NCBI GenBank assembly: GCA_020184695.1
Contig: JAANOX010000026.1
Span: 62,001 to 126,000, forward strand
Reading direction: 5' to 3'
From: Histomonas meleagridis 2922-C6/04-290x
Lineage: Eukaryota > Protista > Parabasalia
Length of the DNA stretch: 64,000 bases
A program made the position numbers and the translations under genes. This document shows positions 31,853 through 41,515 of this stretch, one piece after another. The notes under the pieces are model-generated. The model was not told the DNA's origin. It did no database searches and saw nothing but the letters and a program-made list of their open reading frames with translations. Position 1 is the first letter of the stretch; the number at the start of each line of letters is the position of its first letter.

Positions 31853-34657
31853 ATGAGCTCAATCAAGGTGGCAATACGTGTTAAGCCTTCAGCAAGCCAT
31901 CTAAAAGTATGGGACATTAATGAAAATGAAAACAAAATTTCATTAGCTAATAATGGAACAATATTTCAATTTAATAAAGTATATGTTCCTTCTACAACTA
32001 CTGAAAAAATATACTCTGAGATGGCCAGTGATATTGTTAATGGTGTTATGAATGGTACAAATGGTACAATCTTTGCATATGGTTCTACTGGATCTGGAAA
32101 AACATTTACAATAATGGGTGATGCACAAAATCCTGGAATTGTTCCTCTTGCTATAGATCATATCTTTAATTATATTGACGATCATCCAGAACGAAGTTTC
32201 ATTGTTAACTTATCCTACTTTGAAATATATAATGAAAAAATCAAAGATTTGCTTAAAGAAAATTCGATTGCTGATTCCAGAATAAATTATTCCAAGCAAG
32301 TATTTAAATCTTCACATTCACTGATTCAAGCTATTCTGATGGCAGAATCAAATCGATCTACAGGTTCAACTTTAATGAATGAACACAGTAGTCGCTCGCA
32401 TGCCATTGTCCGTCTTGAAGTTAAATCATATAACAAGAAAGTAGGAGATGGAATTGAACTCCGATCTGTTCTTAATCTTGTTGATTTAGCAGGTAGTGAA
32501 TGTCAAAAAAATACAAATGCTGAGGGCGATCGCCAACACGAAGCATCTATGATTAACAAATCACTTCTTGCGCTTTCTAAATTAATTGATGCTCTTCAAA
32601 ATGGAAAAGCAATTGCTGTTTATCGTGAATCAAAGCTTACTCTTTATCTTCGTGATTCCATTGGAGGAAATGCACAAACCACTATTATTTGTGCGATTAG
32701 TGGTGAAAATGATCAACGTAGCACATCTGAATATACTCTTAGATTTGCTTCCAAAGCAATGAAAATCAAGAACCAGCCAAAGGTTAATGAAATTAAGACA
32801 GAAAAAGCCAAAATCGAAGAACTTATTCGAGAAAATAATCATCTTAAAGAACAGCTTTCTCAATATGAAAGTGCAAGTATGAAGTCAACACGTAATACAG
32901 AGATTGACTTTACATATCTCTCGCCTAAAAAGCAACGATCAACCAATCGTAAACGTAGTAATTCATATAGTTCAGGGGAATCATCACCAATTAAAATTGC
33001 CAATTCTACATCCAATGAACAAATTTCATCACAATCAAGTTCCGATAGTGAAGATACAACATTATTATTACCAAAGAAGATTTTAACTCGGAAAACAAAT
33101 CCAGCAAAGATATTCAATAGTCTTTCAGCAACTCCATCGCCAAATAATGATATCAAAGAAGACGAAGAAATTTCATCAGAGTATGAACCAATTCTTCCTA
33201 AGAAGAAGAAAACAATTCCACAAATTAATTTGCCGCCAATTGACCAGTATTATGATCAAGACGATGAAGAAGCTGATCGACAAGCTGAAACATTATCAAG
33301 AACAATCATTGAAAATAGCATCCACAGCGGTTTTATTGATTTACCACTTAAAAAGAAGCCAAACAACAAAGAAATTGAACGTCTTAAGAAAGAAATTGAA
33401 GAACTTAAACTTCAAAATGAGAAATTAATTGAAGAAAAAGAAGATCTTGAAACACAATTAGAATCATTAGACAATGATTTCACAATGGAACAAACAACAC
33501 TTTTAGACAAGATCAAAATTCTTGAGAAACAAAACAATTTTAATGGCGTTTCATTAACTTCTAATATTGATTACAAAGGAAAACTTCTTGAACTTGAAGA
33601 AACAATCGAAAAGTTAACTAATGAAAATTCGGAAATTAAATTGAAACTTCTAAGAAGAGAAGCCGAAGTTAAAGGCGCATTAATTACACAGAAATTTACC
33701 AAAGATAAACTTGCGCAAAAAGATTCGACGATTGTTCAACTTGGTGAACGAATTACTTCTCAACGAGAACAATTAGGCGAATGCCAAAAAGAACTTGAAG
33801 AAATGAAAAAGCGAAACGAAGAATTAACGAACAAATATTGTAATTTAGAACAAAGTTATTTGTCACAAGAAGAAATTATTATTCAACAAAACGAAGAAAA
33901 AATGTTACTTCAAAAGACATCTAAAGAAAATCATAAAAATTATTGCGATGTATACACTGAAACAGATTTAAAGAGTACTGAAATCGATGGAATTAATGAT
34001 AATTTATCGATATTAAGGAAGAAATTAATGAAAGAAACAGAAGTTTCAAATCAAACAAATGACTTTAGGAAACTTCAAAGTTCAATGATTCAAAGATTAA
34101 AAGAAAGACAAAACATTTTCACGGGTAAATCTTCATTAATTCATCAAAATACTGAAGGCGAAAATGTGCAAAAAGTTTTTCATGTTCAACAAAGAGGTAT
34201 TTTATGTCAATCGAACTTGTTAAAAGATACAACAAATAAAATATTAAAAATTGCAAGTTCAACAAAACCGAAATTTTCTATTAGTAAATTCGACGTTTAT
34301 ACAACTGATCCAATCGATGAAGAAAACGAAGTCGATAAAGTAAATTTGGGTCAGTTAAGTTGGCAGCCACTGTATGATATTGTTCTCGAAAGTTCGGAAT
34401 CTCAAATTATTGATATTTATAATAATTATGAAGAAAAAGAAGAAGAAACTCAAACAATTGATGAAATTGTTGATGAAGATGAATACGAAACAGAAGAAGA
34501 AGAAGAAATTGATGATGAAAATGAAGTTATGGAAAAAAGTGAAAGAAATATTGAAAACAAAAATAGAAATAATATGATAGAATTCTTATACGTGATCAAC
34601 TTTGGTTTGTTGTTTGTACTTTGGATTGTGCAATTCGGCTTTTCAGAAAAATTATAA
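31853..34657 (+). CDS. Kinesin (N-terminal motor, kinesin-7-like) with coiled coil and C-terminal hydrophobic segment
   Basis: IFAYGSTGSGKT, YFEIYNEKIKDLL, NEHSSRSH, LVDLAGSE, INKSLLAL, YRESKLT. Confidence 0.95.
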   Translation: MSSIKVAIRVKPSASHLKVWDINENENKISLANNGTIFQFNKVYVPSTTTEKIYSEMASDIVNGVMNGTNGTIFAYGSTGSGKTFTIMGDAQNPGIVPLAIDHIFNYIDDHPERSFIVNLSYFEIYNEKIKDLLKENSIADSRINYSKQVFKSSHSLIQAILMAESNRSTGSTLMNEHSSRSHAIVRLEVKSYNKKVGDGIELRSVLNLVDLAGSECQKNTNAEGDRQHEASMINKSLLALSKLIDALQNGKAIAVYRESKLTLYLRDSIGGNAQTTIICAISGENDQRSTSEYTLRFASKAMKIKNQPKVNEIKTEKAKIEELIRENNHLKEQLSQYESASMKSTRNTEIDFTYLSPKKQRSTNRKRSNSYSSGESSPIKIANSTSNEQISSQSSSDSEDTTLLLPKKILTRKTNPAKIFNSLSATPSPNNDIKEDEEISSEYEPILPKKKKTIPQINLPPIDQYYDQDDEEADRQAETLSRTIIENSIHSGFIDLPLKKKPNNKEIERLKKEIEELKLQNEKLIEEKEDLETQLESLDNDFTMEQTTLLDKIKILEKQNNFNGVSLTSNIDYKGKLLELEETIEKLTNENSEIKLKLLRREAEVKGALITQKFTKDKLAQKDSTIVQLGERITSQREQLGECQKELEEMKKRNEELTNKYCNLEQSYLSQEEIIIQQNEEKMLLQKTSKENHKNYCDVYTETDLKSTEIDGINDNLSILRKKLMKETEVSNQTNDFRKLQSSMIQRLKERQNIFTGKSSLIHQNTEGENVQKVFHVQQRGILCQSNLLKDTTNKILKIASSTKPKFSISKFDVYTTDPIDEENEVDKVNLGQLSWQPLYDIVLESSESQIIDIYNNYEEKEEETQTIDEIVDEDEYETEEEEEIDDENEVMEKSERNIENKNRNNMIEFLYVINFGLLFVLWIVQFGFSEKL

Positions 34658-35120
34658 TATATTATTAATAAAACTTTTTAATGTTTTACTTCATTTTTCT
34701 TTTTATGTGTTCATGAACCTTCAAAATTTGTAGTTTGCTGGATGTTGTTAGGACGCTCATTCCAAAGCATTAGATCATTAATACAACATACCTAGATCTA
34801 AATTTATAATAAAATACTCCATTGCTTTTTTTGACTTTTTGATGAGTTTACACAACCCAAAAATCGGAATGAGTTTACAGAAGTTCGGTCATTCACACTT
34901 CTGACTTTCTTGGTGCTTTTTAATTTAAATATTTAAGTAGCTGAAAAACAAGTGAAAATGTTACTCTGAATTTCGGTGTATTAAAAAAGAAATTCATCAT
35001 TTTAAAATGATCTTTGAAGAAATTCTTATCAGAGAAATAACAAATTTTTAACATTTTTGATTAAAATTTGAAAAATTAAATAAAGAAAAATGTGTAAATT
35101 TTTATTAATTAATTGATAAT

Positions 35121-36212
35121 TTATTCACTGATTGCAGCCTTTTGTTTCCTTTTCTTTTCCGAATAATAAAATATAGTATCTAACAATCTAAACAATCCTA
35201 AAACACCACCAATAACAGTTAATAATCTTGTAGCCAAATGAAGAACAGGTTCTCTTTCTTTATACTCATATACTGATATTGGTGAAATATCATATCTGAA
35301 ATATACTCCAGGCATTAATGTCGGATGATCATACAACGAATATCTGGATGCCGAATATTTACGGTTAGAGATGTCTAACGTATAAACCGCGCGCCAAGCT
35401 TTTGACTGGTTTTGAATGTTTACGAAACCGTCGAGAACCGGCGATGGGTCACTTGGGCCCTCAACAAAGACGCCAAGGTGATTGATGATGTGTGAGAGGT
35501 TGAGGGATGAGCTTGGGACGCCAAAAACATTCATGTCATGTACGTGCCAGCCTTCTCTCGAAAATGGAAGTCCAGGAGCAATATGAAATTCACCAGCAAC
35601 TCGAATAACTTTAAATACTGAATATACATTGCACCCTTCACCTTCCATCGATTTTATCTGCGTTTGAAAGTCGCTGCATTGTGGAATTCTGGAAATTTCG
35701 GGTTGAACATTATTTTCTCTGTAAAAATTAATAACATCTTTACATGAACGACAACAAGAATTAGGTGCTACATTCGGTTCGCACGGAAAACATTCAGATG
35801 ATATTGATGTGTTGAGAAAATTTTTATCTAATTTTGTTAATGGACGACCATCTTTTGATAGTCTTTGTAAATCTAATTTAATCCTATTCAGGGGAATTGG
35901 AAGTTGTGTGAAACTATCAATAACATCTAAATGAAGAAGATAACATGGAACATGTGGAAATGTGATGTTGAGCATTACATCTATATGAGGTTGAATTTCC
36001 GGGTTAATTGTAATGCCGTCTTTACCTGTAGGACGGTATCCTGTAATTAAAAAGTTTTGACGAGTTCTTGGCTGTAAAAATGAATGAATTTCTATATACG
36101 AAAGAATTATCGTAGATAATATTGAAAGTATAGAAAGAATCCCCCCAATCGGTGTTCCAACTCGATATTCGTTATCTAATTTTGGAAACACATCGAACTT
36201 TCGAAGAGACAT
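35121..36212 (-). CDS. ER-Golgi intermediate compartment protein (ERGIC3/Erv46 family)
   Basis: LRKFDVFPK, CCRSCKDV, EGC..V.GEFHIAPG, NLSHIINHL, PGVYFRYDISPI, LLTVIGGV. Confidence 0.92.
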   Translation of the reverse strand: MSLRKFDVFPKLDNEYRVGTPIGGILSILSILSTIILSYIEIHSFLQPRTRQNFLITGYRPTGKDGITINPEIQPHIDVMLNITFPHVPCYLLHLDVIDSFTQLPIPLNRIKLDLQRLSKDGRPLTKLDKNFLNTSISSECFPCEPNVAPNSCCRSCKDVINFYRENNVQPEISRIPQCSDFQTQIKSMEGEGCNVYSVFKVIRVAGEFHIAPGLPFSREGWHVHDMNVFGVPSSSLNLSHIINHLGVFVEGPSDPSPVLDGFVNIQNQSKAWRAVYTLDISNRKYSASRYSLYDHPTLMPGVYFRYDISPISVYEYKEREPVLHLATRLLTVIGGVLGLFRLLDTIFYYSEKKRKQKAAISE

Positions 36213-36372
36213 TTTAACCTAACAGAGTTAGTCAAATCATGATTATTCTATCACAAGATTGTACCCAAAATTGTTTTTTTTACAAAACCCAAAAAAATTA
36301 TCACAGCCGTCCAAGTGTTCGTTGATATATCTATCAATGAATATATTCATCTTTATAGAGATGTGGAAAATG

Positions 36373-36497
36373 GGTTAGGTACCTAACCGTAAATTCTATC
36401 GGAGGGTACCATTCGATAGGGTACCACCTTTTTTATGCATGCTCTATCGTTGTCAAAATGGGTACCCCAACGTTTTGTGACGGTTTTTGGGTACCCA
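36373..36497. promoter_or_regulatory. Cluster of five GGTACC-centred palindromes between divergent ERGIC and CAF1 genes
   Basis: GGTACC at 36378, 36405, 36420, 36461 and 36490, including a perfect 16-bp palindrome at 36373-36388. Function inferred only. Confidence 0.4.
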
Positions 36498-36840
36498 GAG
36501 TTTTCATATCATAATTTTTTGTTTGAATGGTTTACAATGTATGATTGTTAGGTTTATCTCCAAAAATTGCCAGGCAGTTTTTTGGCGGCAAAAATTCAAT
36601 AATATAAGCATAGGTAAGCATCAAAAATCATTGTTATTATCCCAATCGTATATTAATTATGAAATATTTAATTCAATCTGCATAAAATCATCAAAAGTGA
36701 ACGTTTATCGTATTTAATAAGTTTACTTAATATAATTTTCAATTAATATTTAGTCGGAACTCCTTACAAACGGTCGATTTTCACTTTTTGAACCATTGCT
36801 GCGGTTATAAAACTGACAAGATAGCAATCCCATTAGTTAG

Positions 36841-37626
36841 ATGTCTGACGAACTCATTATAAGGGAAGTTTGGAGTCATAACCTAGAACAAGAAATGGCT
36901 ATAATTGCCGATCTAATAAATGATTATCCATATGTTGGTATGGATACAGAATTTCCTGGTGTAATTGCACATCCATTTGGGCAGTTTCAGTCACAAGAAG
37001 CATTTCAATATACTCTAATGAGAATTAATGTTGATTACCTAAAAATTATTCAAATTGGAATTAGCTTAGGAGATGCCAAAGGAAATTTCCCATCTCCTTG
37101 TTGCTGCTGGCAATTTAATTTTAAATTTAATCTAGATGAAGACATGTTTACCACACCAGCCATTGATCTACTTCAGCAATCTGGAATTGATTTCAGCAAA
37201 TTCAATACAGATGGAATCAACGTCTACGAGTTTTCTCAACTTCTTTACACTTCTGGACTTGTAATGAACGACGACGTCACATTTGTAACCTTTCACAGTA
37301 GTTCTGATTTCGGTTATTTATTCAAGATGTTATCATGCAAACCACTTCCAAGCGATCTAAAGACATTTATGAACAGTCTTTGCGTATATTTCCCACATTT
37401 TTACGACCTTAAGTTGATGGCTAATGATATCGAACAAATATCTACTGGTGGTCTCCAAGGCCTTGCAAACGAATTAAATGTTCTTCGTGTCGGCCCGCAA
37501 CATCAGGCAGGGTCAGATGCTCTTATAACACTTAAAACGTTCACTGCGCTTGTGAATAAGTTCTTCAATGGTAATCTCCAGAACAAAGCGTTTGAGAACA
37601 AGTTGTTTGGACTTGTTGAGGAATAA
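36841..37626 (+). CDS. CAF1: CCR4-NOT deadenylase CAF1/POP2 (DEDD)
   Basis: YVGMDTEFPG, LKIIQIG, WQFNF, FHSSSDFGYL, HQAGSDA. Confidence 0.96.
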   Translation: MSDELIIREVWSHNLEQEMAIIADLINDYPYVGMDTEFPGVIAHPFGQFQSQEAFQYTLMRINVDYLKIIQIGISLGDAKGNFPSPCCCWQFNFKFNLDEDMFTTPAIDLLQQSGIDFSKFNTDGINVYEFSQLLYTSGLVMNDDVTFVTFHSSSDFGYLFKMLSCKPLPSDLKTFMNSLCVYFPHFYDLKLMANDIEQISTGGLQGLANELNVLRVGPQHQAGSDALITLKTFTALVNKFFNGNLQNKAFENKLFGLVEE

Positions 37627-37765
37627 TAAATCTATTTTATTTTTCGAGTTTTTCATTATGTATAATATTATATGCTTATATTATGTTATTCATCTTCTGA
37701 GTTATGAAATCTAATTTTGCTTAATAAAGATAATTTAAAAAAAATTATTCAGAAGCTGTCTTCTA

Positions 37766-37882
37766 AAAATAAAGTGGCTGCAGAAAGGTTTCCCAAACAC
37801 TTGAGTTTTTAAATATAAATCCGATGGTTTTTCATTCATTCGATTTTATCGATGGGAAACCTTTCTGCAGCCACTTTATTTT
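37766..37882. mobile_element. MITE-like element / hairpin with perfect 30-bp terminal inverted repeats
   Basis: AAAATAAAGTGGCTGCAGAAAGGTTTCCCA (37766-37795) is the exact reverse complement of 37853-37882; 57-bp spacer. Confidence 0.65.
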
Positions 37883-38345
37883 GTATTACATATTATATAG
37901 ACTGCAGTGAAAAACATGAAGACAGACACCTTATTATAACCCACGTCTACAATGAAGCATTATTCATAGAGAACATACTTAGTAATAGATATTTAATAAA
38001 TTTTTTTTCGATTTAATTTTGTAATTTCCGCAATATTCCTATTTTTCACTCACTTCACTCAGGAGAACGTTAACAGTATTTTTTTTTCCCCTCCCAATTT
38101 TCTTTTCATATTTTTGGGACGAAACATATGTTAAAATTTCTATTTACTAACAAATTATATAACTTATTTTGTATTTAAAATTTTGTTATCGGTCTACAAG
38201 TTTTTCACGTCAGTCTATAAATAAACAATTTCTTTACCATTAATTGATTCATTTAAAATAATTTTATTTATTAAAGCATTTTTAACTTTATTAAAATCAA
38301 TACTAAATTTTTATTTGTTTGTTACATATAAATAAAATATTTTAA

Positions 38346-40268
38346 TTATTTTCTATATTTACTGATAATTACATTAAAATGTTCGAATCCAATTTTATCA
38401 TCTCCCTGCTTCAAAGCTATCAATGCTGCCTCACGACACAAGTTATCTATTTCAGCACCAGTTATTCCTATTTTCAACAACTCACAAACCTTATCACATA
38501 ACTCATTATTCTCAATCGGCATATTCTTAGTACACACTTTAAAAATATCTTTGATATCCATTAAGTTTTGTGTTGGTTTCACTTCGATTAATATATCGAA
38601 TCTTCCAGGTCTACATAATGCTTCATCCAAAGCTTCGACTCTATTTGTCGCGGCTATAACTATTACGTCTTCCAAATTCGTAATTCCGTCCATTTCGTTT
38701 AAGAAAGTTGATAAAACTCTTTCTGTGACTCCGGTCGAATTACCTCTTTTGCCGACCATTGCATCAATTTCATCGATAAATATAATCGATGGCTTTTTTT
38801 GATTGGCTAAGACAAACAATTCTCTAATGATTCGTTCTGATTCACCTAAATACATTTGATAGATCGATGCGCCTGATATAGAAAAAAAGGATGATGATAA
38901 CGTTGTTGCTATAGCTCTCGCTATCATTGTCTTACCACAGCCTGGTGGACCATATAATAATATGCCTTTCGGTGGCTTAATCCCAATTTCTTTTAATTCA
39001 GTCGATCGGATTAATGGCCATTCAATGGATTCGCGAATTAATTGCTTCGTTGATGATAACCCACCAATGTCTTCCCAATTTGTTTGTTTAATTGTGCCTT
39101 TGATGATATTATTTGATTGATTAATTGCGAAATTGACTTCGGTGTTATCATTTTGACTTAAACGAAGAATTTGTTCTGTAGTTAAACCATTTGTTAATTC
39201 GATTACTCGTTGTGAAAAGTTTTTATTAAATATATACTTAAGATCTGTTATTGATAATGGTGGTAATAACATATAAAATGATAATCGCTTGGATGACAAA
39301 AGAAATGAATGAATTGGATCTTTAGAAAGTGTTGTCATTATATAAAATACTTGTGTTGATGAATCAATCAAATTAGAAAGTTGCGCTACAAGACGTTTCT
39401 CAAATGGAGTATCATTGCCAAGCAAATGGATATCAAAATTACGTAATAATACAATAGTTTTTGGAGGTGGAATACGTGTTAATATAGGAAAAGTGACATC
39501 TGACGATGAAAAATTTTCGGCATCAATTTCGTAATATTTTAAAGATAATTTGTCACATAAACATTTAACTAAAAAACTACGACCACTATTCGAGGAGCCA
39601 CATAAAATACAACCTTTTGGATGAATGTTTACTGTAGTTTTTGCCTTTTGATTTGATCCAAATAATGTGGGTTGAGGAATCGTGGAGGAATTAAACATGG
39701 AATAGGTGACATACTTAGTAAGCTTGTCAAGAGATGCAGTAAATGAAGGATAATAGATAGGATTGGAAGCATACGGTGAATGAATATAATTAATCTTGGT
39801 AGTTGGTGATAAAGTAAAAAATTTAATTTGACGAAGAGAAGAATTGAGTTCGATTTGGATAACTTCTTTGGTGATGATTGGAACAGTAATAATTGTACCA
39901 TTGATAAAAGCAACATGTTGAGTTCGAAGAAAATTGGAAAGATGACGTTCTATATGAGTCCATTCTGGGTATGTAAATTTATGATTAATAAGAGTAACAT
40001 TGAGATTAGAACATTGAACTATTTCTTTCGGATCAATAATAGATATAAATGTTCCATCTTGAAGTTCAGCAAATTGACGAGATTTTATAAAGCTAACTGA
40101 AGGAAGTTGAACATTTGAAGAAATATCAGATGATTCTGTAAAAACTTGTTCATCAGGTAAAAGTTCAGCTGAATAAAAATTACCTGATCGATCTCGAACA
40201 ACTGCAAGTGTTCCCCATTTTGATTCAAGAGCTTCAGCTGTAAAGAACCCGATTTTGCAGAAGTTCAT
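38346..40268 (-). CDS. AAA+ ATPase (Cdc48/AFG2-related; degenerate D1, intact D2)
   Basis: WEDIGGL, GILLYGPPGCGKT, IIFIDEID, LNEMDG, AATNR, RPGRFD; D1 Walker A GSSNSGRS is degenerate. Confidence 0.92.
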   Translation of the reverse strand: MNFCKIGFFTAEALESKWGTLAVVRDRSGNFYSAELLPDEQVFTESSDISSNVQLPSVSFIKSRQFAELQDGTFISIIDPKEIVQCSNLNVTLINHKFTYPEWTHIERHLSNFLRTQHVAFINGTIITVPIITKEVIQIELNSSLRQIKFFTLSPTTKINYIHSPYASNPIYYPSFTASLDKLTKYVTYSMFNSSTIPQPTLFGSNQKAKTTVNIHPKGCILCGSSNSGRSFLVKCLCDKLSLKYYEIDAENFSSSDVTFPILTRIPPPKTIVLLRNFDIHLLGNDTPFEKRLVAQLSNLIDSSTQVFYIMTTLSKDPIHSFLLSSKRLSFYMLLPPLSITDLKYIFNKNFSQRVIELTNGLTTEQILRLSQNDNTEVNFAINQSNNIIKGTIKQTNWEDIGGLSSTKQLIRESIEWPLIRSTELKEIGIKPPKGILLYGPPGCGKTMIARAIATTLSSSFFSISGASIYQMYLGESERIIRELFVLANQKKPSIIFIDEIDAMVGKRGNSTGVTERVLSTFLNEMDGITNLEDVIVIAATNRVEALDEALCRPGRFDILIEVKPTQNLMDIKDIFKVCTKNMPIENNELCDKVCELLKIGITGAEIDNLCREAALIALKQGDDKIGFEHFNVIISKYRK

Positions 40269-40285
40269 GTGTTTGTTTCTTGTAA

Positions 40286-40293
40286 GGGCACCC
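40286..40293. promoter_or_regulatory. GGGYRCCC palindromic promoter motif (representative site)
   Basis: GGGCACCC 17 bp upstream of the AAA ATPase ATG; other copies are listed under findings. Confidence 0.45.
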
Positions 40294-40315
40294 TAGATCC
40301 GTGTGAAAAAAAAAA

Positions 40316-40387
40316 CTCCGGCCCGGGGAGTCGAACCCCGCTCGCACGGATGAGAACCGTATATCCTAACCGATGAACGAGGCCGGA
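40316..40387 (-). tRNA. tRNA-Glu (CTC)
   Basis: 72-nt cloverleaf TCCGGCC…GGCCGGA-G, anticodon loop TT-CTC-AT, followed by a T10 terminator. Confidence 0.97.
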
Positions 40388-40573
40388 AGACATTTATTTT
40401 TTAAACAATTATTATTTGAATAATAAAAAATGGATTATTTGATTTCAAATAAATCACTATTTGATCATAAATAAGTCACATTGCTGTACTTATCATTGCA
40501 AACGAATAGAAGATTATTTTTTTTTGATTAGGAAATTATTTTGAAAAATCAGATATTTACTTAGGAAGCCAAC

Positions 40574-41152
40574 TTATAAGAACATTCTAAGTTGATTGTC
40601 TAGTTTCTTATAGAAGATGAGTCCTAAAACAAGTAAAACCTGGAAACAAACAAAAAAGATTACTGATCTAATGAGAGATGTGTTTTTGATATTTCCGAAA
40701 GTATCTTGTACTCTTTGATATGAGTTCTTAACCCATCCTTCTTGAGCATTTCCGGATGTTGTAGCAAGTTCTCTTAATGAATCGATAAGTTGTGCCTTAA
40801 AAAGAGCCATATCATTAATAATTTGTTGCTTTGCCCCCTCAACGATACTACTTACAGCATCTCTTGTTGCAGTAAATTCTTGTCTCATTGAGTTAAAATC
40901 TTTTCTAAGGACGGCATCTGCAATTTCAACTCTTTCAAGAATTTCATTAATTTTTGATCCAATTTCAGTTTCAACTTCTTCAGCGGTAACACTCTTATCA
41001 ACCTGACGAGCTAATTCTGCGAGTGACCAAAGTATTGCTTGTTCTTCCTTTGCTACAGAATGATCACCTTTTAATTGTTCCTTGTATTTATTTACTATTG
41101 ATTCGAATTTTCTTGAAGCTGCAAAAGAGAAAAGAAATAAGACTCCAATCAT
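40574..41152 (-). CDS. Signal peptide + coiled coil + C-terminal TM protein
   Basis: MIGVLFLFSFAAS; TM SVIFFVCFQVLLVLGLIFY. Confidence 0.75.
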   Translation of the reverse strand: MIGVLFLFSFAASRKFESIVNKYKEQLKGDHSVAKEEQAILWSLAELARQVDKSVTAEEVETEIGSKINEILERVEIADAVLRKDFNSMRQEFTATRDAVSSIVEGAKQQIINDMALFKAQLIDSLRELATTSGNAQEGWVKNSYQRVQDTFGNIKNTSLIRSVIFFVCFQVLLVLGLIFYKKLDNQLRMFL

Positions 41153-41515
41153 TAGTAGGATCTAACCTCCACCGGACATGTTATGTGAAATGTTTTATCT
41201 TGTTTGGCCAAATAAAGGACTGGGACTTATGTACATTTTCCATTACTGGGATAAATCAATTGTTTTAACAAAAAATATCATGTTTTTTTGGAAAAATTTT
41301 TATTTAAACAATTAATAATTTTAAAACACTTTTTTCTTTCAAAACTTGCTGAGATGTAAACTCAAGTTATTTTCATTTAAATTAAAAATAATTTCTCGAT
41401 TTCAATAATTTCATTTGGAACAATTCGTAAGGATAATAAACTTAATGGATGAGGAGGAATGAAGAATTTACTAAAATAAAACGAAATTGTATAAAAAAAA
41501 AAAATAACATTTTTA

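Noticed and set aside
34840-34904. Box C/D snoRNA (TGATGA…CTGA)
   Set aside because: No terminal stem, poor D'/C' spacing, and no rRNA-complementary guide I could verify.
36212-36235. ACTAAC…AG branch/3' splice site upstream of the ERGIC ATG
   Set aside because: Spacing differs from the trichomonad consensus and there is no upstream 5' site; it is a small CTAAC-aga-GTTAG palindrome.
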